This document shows, piece after piece, positions 59,517-64,000 of a DNA stretch of 64,000 nt. Location: the NCBI GenBank assembly GCA_045863295.1, contig BTWA01000004.1, positions 64,001 to 128,000 on the forward strand. Reading direction: 5' to 3'. The DNA is from Candidatus Hydrogenedentota bacterium. GTDB taxonomy: Bacteria > Hydrogenedentota > Hydrogenedentia > Hydrogenedentales > SLHB01. The notes beneath the pieces are model-generated. The model saw only the letters and a list, made by a program, of their open reading frames with translations, was not told the origin of the DNA and did not search any database. A program made the position numbers and the translations under genes. Numbering within the stretch: the first letter of the stretch is position 1; each line of letters begins with the position of its first letter.

Positions 59517-61207
59517 CGGCGGGCTTTCGTCAGTACATAGTCGCCCATGACCAACGCATCCATCCCGGTCGAGTAAAAACAGCGAATCGCATCGGCCGGC
59601 GTATGTACGATGGGTTCCCCCATCACATTAAACGATGTGTTCAACACCATGGGCACGCCACGCCGTTTGCCAAAGGCCTCGATCAACTCGTAATAGCGGG
59701 GACTGACTTCGCGCGCCACCGTTTGTACCCGCGCCGTGCCGTCAACATGAGTGATAGCGGGCACCGCCTCCCGTTTCTCCGGTTTCACCAAATGCACAAA
59801 CAACATAAATGGCGACCGCGAACACCCTTCGAAATACTCGCCCGCATGCTCCTCCAGCACGCTCGGCGCAAACGGCCGGAATTCCTCACGGTGTTTTACA
59901 TACTTGTTGATCAAGTCTTTCATCTCGGGCCGCGTTGGATCCGCCAAAATGCTGCGGCTGCCCAATGCGCGCGGCCCGAATTCCATCCGCCCCTGATACC
60001 AGCCCACAATCCGGCCCTCCGCCAGCAAATCGGCGGCCCGCTCGATCACATCGTCGGGTGTTTCATAATCAAGTTTGGACAACTCCAACTGACTCCGGAT
60101 GGCCTCATTGCCAAAGGCCGGACCAATGCAGGCGTCGTGCATCACAAACCCACGGGGTGTTCCTGTCAACGCATGATGCAACTGAAACGCCGCGCCAATC
60201 GCAATTCCATCGTCACTCGCCGCCGGCTGCACCCAAATCTCGTCAAAGCCCGACTCCCGAAGTAGGCGTCCGTTCATCGAGCAGTTCAGTGCCACGCCGC
60301 CCGCCAAACCCAACCGGCGCAGGCCAGTCTCGCGCCGCAGGTGTTCCGCCATGTGCAAAACGGTTTCTTCCAGCACTGCCTGCGCTGATGCCGCGATCTG
60401 CGCGTGTCGGTCGCTGACCGGCTCGCCCTTCTTTCGGGCGGGACCGAATCGCTCCAAAAACTTGGGCGATACATACCCCCTCCGCGATCCCGCGAGATAA
60501 TGGCATTGAAACCAGGACAGGTCGATGGAGTAACGGCCGTGATCCCGCTTCCGCACGATCTCGCGAAATTGCTCCAGAAACTCCGGCTGTCCGTAGGACG
60601 CCAAACCCATAACCTTGTATTCGTCGCTCGCGCGTGCAAACCCAAGGTAATCGGTTATGGCCGTGTAGAAGACGCCCAGCGAGTTGGGATAGTTCGCAAT
60701 CGCTCGGCCCGTAATAGACGTGCCTCTGCCTACGCCCGACCACGTGCAGCACCACTCCCCCACATAGTCAATCGAGAGCAGCGCAGCCTCGTCGAAAGGG
60801 CTCACCAGAAAGGAAGAGGCCGCATGCGCGGGATGATGTTCCATGAAATGGACGCGGGTACGCGGACCTGCAAAGCCCTTCATGCCCAATACATATTCAG
60901 CGTTGTGCACGAATTCATACGCCATATAGCCCGCGGAATACGTGGGGGAACGAAACATCTGTGAAATTCGGTATGGAAGCCGCTTGCCAAGTCGCAAGCC
61001 CGGCTTCATATAGCAGACGATGTGATCCACGTCGGCGATCGAAAGGCCCGCATACTCCAAACACCACGCCGTCGCAAGCCGCGGAACGCCCCCTTGATGT
61101 TTGACGCGCGAAATCCGCTCCTCAGCCACCCCGCAAACCAGTTGACCGTCGCAAACAAGCACAGCCGCGGAATCGTGCGAATACCCCCCGATCCCAAGGA
61201 TGTTCAT
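59513..61207 (-). CDS. O-carbamoyltransferase (NodU/CmcH/TobZ family)
   Basis: HDSAA, EERISRVKH, HHPAHA, EYKVMGLASYG, AGGVALNC, EFGPRALGSRSIL, FRPFAP, HVDGTARVQ, LNTSFN; start could be 61216. Confidence 0.95.
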   Translation of the reverse strand: MNILGIGGYSHDSAAVLVCDGQLVCGVAEERISRVKHQGGVPRLATAWCLEYAGLSIADVDHIVCYMKPGLRLGKRLPYRISQMFRSPTYSAGYMAYEFVHNAEYVLGMKGFAGPRTRVHFMEHHPAHAASSFLVSPFDEAALLSIDYVGEWCCTWSGVGRGTSITGRAIANYPNSLGVFYTAITDYLGFARASDEYKVMGLASYGQPEFLEQFREIVRKRDHGRYSIDLSWFQCHYLAGSRRGYVSPKFLERFGPARKKGEPVSDRHAQIAASAQAVLEETVLHMAEHLRRETGLRRLGLAGGVALNCSMNGRLLRESGFDEIWVQPAASDDGIAIGAAFQLHHALTGTPRGFVMHDACIGPAFGNEAIRSQLELSKLDYETPDDVIERAADLLAEGRIVGWYQGRMEFGPRALGSRSILADPTRPEMKDLINKYVKHREEFRPFAPSVLEEHAGEYFEGCSRSPFMLFVHLVKPEKREAVPAITHVDGTARVQTVAREVSPRYYELIEAFGKRRGVPMVLNTSFNVMGEPIVHTPADAIRCFYSTGMDALVMGDYVLTKARR

Positions 61208-61313
61208 GCGACGCACTCTCCAAGTATCGCTGGTTCAGCCTGAAATGTCGTCATTCCCGCGAAAACGAGTATCCCTCGGTTAAAATCCACTGGCACTCAA
61301 ATGAACAGGACTT

Positions 61314-62261
61314 TCAGGACGGAAACAGTACGCTGATGCTCTCGCGCTTCTGAATCCGCCGTATCGCCTCGCCAAACAAGGGCGCAACGGATATAACTTC
61401 GATCTTGTCACAAAATCCCTCGGGATGGTTTTCAACCGAATCCGTCACGATCAGTTTTTCCAGCGGACTCGCCGCAATGCGCTCCATCGAGCCCTTGGAA
61501 AATACCCCGTGCGTCACCATGGCATACACCGACTTCGCCCCGCGCTCCAGCAGCTTGTGCGAAGCCTCGATGAGCGTTCCGCCGGAAATCGTGAAATCGT
61601 CGATGATGAGCGCCGTCTTATTCTTCACATCCCCGATGATGTCCAGCACGTGCGCCGACTCGTCATGCCCCGCCCTCTCCTTGTCGCCCAACGCCATCGA
61701 AGTGCCAAGATACGAGGCGTACTTACGCGCCTTTTTGGCAAATCCAGCATCAGGCGAAACGACGACAAGATTGCTCAAATGCATTCGCTTCACCGCTTCG
61801 CAAAGCACCGGAAGCGCATAAAGATCATCCACCGGTATCTTGAAAAATCCTTGAATCTGCGGCGCATGCAAATCAAGCGTAATCACGCGATCCGCTCCCG
61901 CGGCCTCGATCGCATCCGCGCAAACGCGCGCGCGTATCGACACGCGGGGCTCGTCTTTCTTGTCGCCCTTGGCATAGCTGAAGTAAGGCATCAACACCGT
62001 GACGCTTTGCGCACTGGCTCGCTTGAACGCGTCTATCCAGAACAACATTTCCATGAAATTGTCGTTCGCGGGATACGCAGTCGACTGCACCAGGAAGATA
62101 TGCCGTCCGCGCACGTTCTGCTTGATGCGTACAAACAACGTGCCTTCCGAAAACCGGATGACCTCCCCTTTGCCAGGCTCTTCGCCCAGATAACGGCAGA
62201 TGCTCTCCGTGAGAGCCAGACTGGAAGATCCCCCGAATATCAATATGTCTTCTTCGTTCAT
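61314..62261 (-). CDS. prs: Ribose-phosphate pyrophosphokinase (divergent)
   Basis: FSEG, PYFSYAKGDKK, DLHAPQIQGFF, VVSPDAG, IIDDFTISGGTL, THGVFS. Confidence 0.88.
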   Translation of the reverse strand: MNEEDILIFGGSSSLALTESICRYLGEEPGKGEVIRFSEGTLFVRIKQNVRGRHIFLVQSTAYPANDNFMEMLFWIDAFKRASAQSVTVLMPYFSYAKGDKKDEPRVSIRARVCADAIEAAGADRVITLDLHAPQIQGFFKIPVDDLYALPVLCEAVKRMHLSNLVVVSPDAGFAKKARKYASYLGTSMALGDKERAGHDESAHVLDIIGDVKNKTALIIDDFTISGGTLIEASHKLLERGAKSVYAMVTHGVFSKGSMERIAASPLEKLIVTDSVENHPEGFCDKIEVISVAPLFGEAIRRIQKRESISVLFPS

Positions 62262-62307
62262 GGCAAGCCCTTCGAAAGTAAATCGCTGCAATCCCCCACA
62301 AACCACT

Positions 62308-63345
62308 TCAAGGTGTCACGACCACCCGCATCCCCGCTTTCCCCTCGGCCGCGGCAAAAGCGTCCGGTGCCTGACTCAACGGAAACCGGTGGGAAATGTA
62401 TTTCTTCATGTCAATCCGGCCGGACGCAATAATCTCCACGGCCTGCTGATGGTGCCGCGGCAATGCCCCATGCGATCCGAAGAGATAGATCTCTTTATAG
62501 TGCAGAATATTGGTGTCAATGGGAACTATCGACTTGCCTTTCGGAAGACCGCCAAAAAGATTGATCCGCGCGCGATTCCGCGCCATATGAATCGCATCGG
62601 CCTGCGCTTCCGGCGCGGGGCATGCCGTCAGAATAATGTCCGCGCCCTGCCCCTTCGTCTCCTCGCGAACCCGCGCAATCGCATCCTCGTCACTCGAACA
62701 TATTGTCACATCGACGCCATATTGACGCGCAATGTCTAACCGGGGTCGCGATCGGTTAACCACGATCGTCTTGGCTACGCCCAATAGCGTGCCCAATTCG
62801 GTCAACAATATGCCCAGCGGGCCCGCCCCGATCACAACCATCGAATCGCCCAATTTCGGTGCGCACATCTCAAGTGCGTTGATGCAACACGCCAGTGGCT
62901 CCGCCAGCGCCGCCTCTTCCATGCTCACATGATCGGGCACTTTCGACACCGGGCCGTGATTCACCACCATCGCGTTCAGCAAAACGTATTCCGCGAAACT
63001 GCCGGGAAACTGATACCCCATGGCGTAGTTGATCGCACAGTTGTTGCCCATCCCCGCAACGCAATACTCGCATTCGCCACATGGCACGTCACCCCCCAGC
63101 GCCACGCGATCGCCCGCACGGAATTTGTGCACGTTCTTGCCCACGGACTCGACCACACCCGCCGCTTCGTGACCCATGATTGCAGGAGGCGTCAGCCGGT
63201 TGTTCCCGTGGTGGAACATGCGAATGTCGGATCCGCACACCGCGCAGGCGGACACCCTCACCAGCACTTCATCGTCCCCCGGCGCCGGCGTCGGCACCTC
63301 CTTGACAACCAACCGCTCAAGCGCTTCCAACACGGCCGCCTTCAA
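62308..63345 (-). CDS. Zn-dependent (MDR) polyol/sorbitol-dehydrogenase-like enzyme
   Basis: CGSD, GHE, CGECEYC..G..NNC, LAEPLACC, GAGPLG; TTG start after AGGAG. Confidence 0.92.
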   Translation of the reverse strand: MKAAVLEALERLVVKEVPTPAPGDDEVLVRVSACAVCGSDIRMFHHGNNRLTPPAIMGHEAAGVVESVGKNVHKFRAGDRVALGGDVPCGECEYCVAGMGNNCAINYAMGYQFPGSFAEYVLLNAMVVNHGPVSKVPDHVSMEEAALAEPLACCINALEMCAPKLGDSMVVIGAGPLGILLTELGTLLGVAKTIVVNRSRPRLDIARQYGVDVTICSSDEDAIARVREETKGQGADIILTACPAPEAQADAIHMARNRARINLFGGLPKGKSIVPIDTNILHYKEIYLFGSHGALPRHHQQAVEIIASGRIDMKKYISHRFPLSQAPDAFAAAEGKAGMRVVVTP

Positions 63346-63378
63346 ATCAACTACTCCTGTATTCGCTGCATCGTGTTC

Positions 63379-64000
63379 TCAATCTTGATTCACGAACAGT
63401 ATCTTGGTGCTGAACTCACTGCGATCGCGCATCTTCCGCATCGCATCCGCCAACTCGTTCAACGCCACGCGATGCGTAATTAAACGCTGGACATTCAGCT
63501 TGCCCGACGCAATGAAATCCAGCGTCAACTTCCACTCGTTCCGCGGAAGGCTGCTGTACGAGGAATTCCACGTGCCAACAAGTTTCAACTGCTTTCGCAA
63601 AATGCCCCAATAGGCCTGCTGAGGCAACGTAACATCGCCGTCCGGGTTCCCCATCAACACCACGCGGCCCAACGGACGCACCAAAAGCAAACATTGCTCC
63701 AGCGCCGCAGCGTTGCCCGCCGCTTCCACGGCCAGATCCGCCCCGCTGCCTGTCAACCGCTTCACCCATTCGCCAATGCCTTCGTCGCGCGGATTGAACG
63801 TGTTCTGAAATCCCAACTCGCGCGCAAACGCAAGTTTCCGTTCGTCAATGTCCGCCAGCATCACCTCGCCAGCGCCCCACGCCTGCGCCCACATGGCCAC
63901 CATCAAACCAATAGGACCCGCGCCCACTATCAACACGTGGTCCCCAATGTCGATGCCGCCCTGTCGTAACGCATGCACCGCCACCGCCGCCGGCTCCGTC
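63379..64000 (-). CDS. Zn-dependent dehydrogenase, galactitol-1-phosphate 5-dehydrogenase-like (3' part; 5' end outside window)
   Basis: EPAAVAVHA, GAGPIG, EAAG, ILRKQLKLVGTWNS, LITHR. Confidence 0.88.
   Translation of the reverse strand, partial: TEPAAVAVHALRQGGIDIGDHVLIVGAGPIGLMVAMWAQAWGAGEVMLADIDERKLAFARELGFQNTFNPRDEGIGEWVKRLTGSGADLAVEAAGNAAALEQCLLLVRPLGRVVLMGNPDGDVTLPQQAYWGILRKQLKLVGTWNSSYSSLPRNEWKLTLDFIASGKLNVQRLITHRVALNELADAMRKMRDRSEFSTKILFVNQD

Noticed and set aside
55730..64000. A bona fide aminoglycoside biosynthetic cluster
   Set aside because: No 2-deoxy-scyllo-inosose synthase, linked aminotransferase or resistance gene in view; kept only as an enzyme-family analogy.

Overview
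64 kb of a GC-rich diderm bacterial chromosome with about 60 supportable CDS. I recognised no rRNA, tRNA, CRISPR array, integrase or transposase. Many exported enzymes (Sec, Tat, lipoprotein) with Pro/Ala-rich linkers suggest a lineage such as Ca. Hydrogenedentota or PVC; this is an unverified impression. Core genes: nagB, System II cytochrome c maturation (resB/ccsA), ahcY, sucCD, a complete nine-gene V/A-type ATPase operon with a Na+-binding K subunit, an atu/liu-like acyl-CoA cluster, a lone hslV, and a carbamoyltransferase/glycosyltransferase/dehydrogenase/prs cluster. Best candidates for undescribed systems: (1) an XRE-HTH regulator fused to a catalytically degenerate class III nucleotide-cyclase domain that keeps the adenine-selecting residues, 18 nt upstream of ahcY and behind a promoter overlapped by repeated operator-like boxes; I infer a sensor of SAH/adenosine for the methyl cycle. 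(2) An AT-richer island encoding an Ig-like + LAS/MepA-type murein peptidase, whose signal peptide sits in another frame (1-nt frameshift), followed by two tandem exported paralogs with near-identical 3' tails and a PIN toxin-antitoxin pair; I infer an effector-immunity array. (3) F-type-associated atpZ/atpI genes directly upstream of the V-type operon. All family assignments come from motif recognition by eye; no database search was run. Start codons were adjusted using RBS and motif context.
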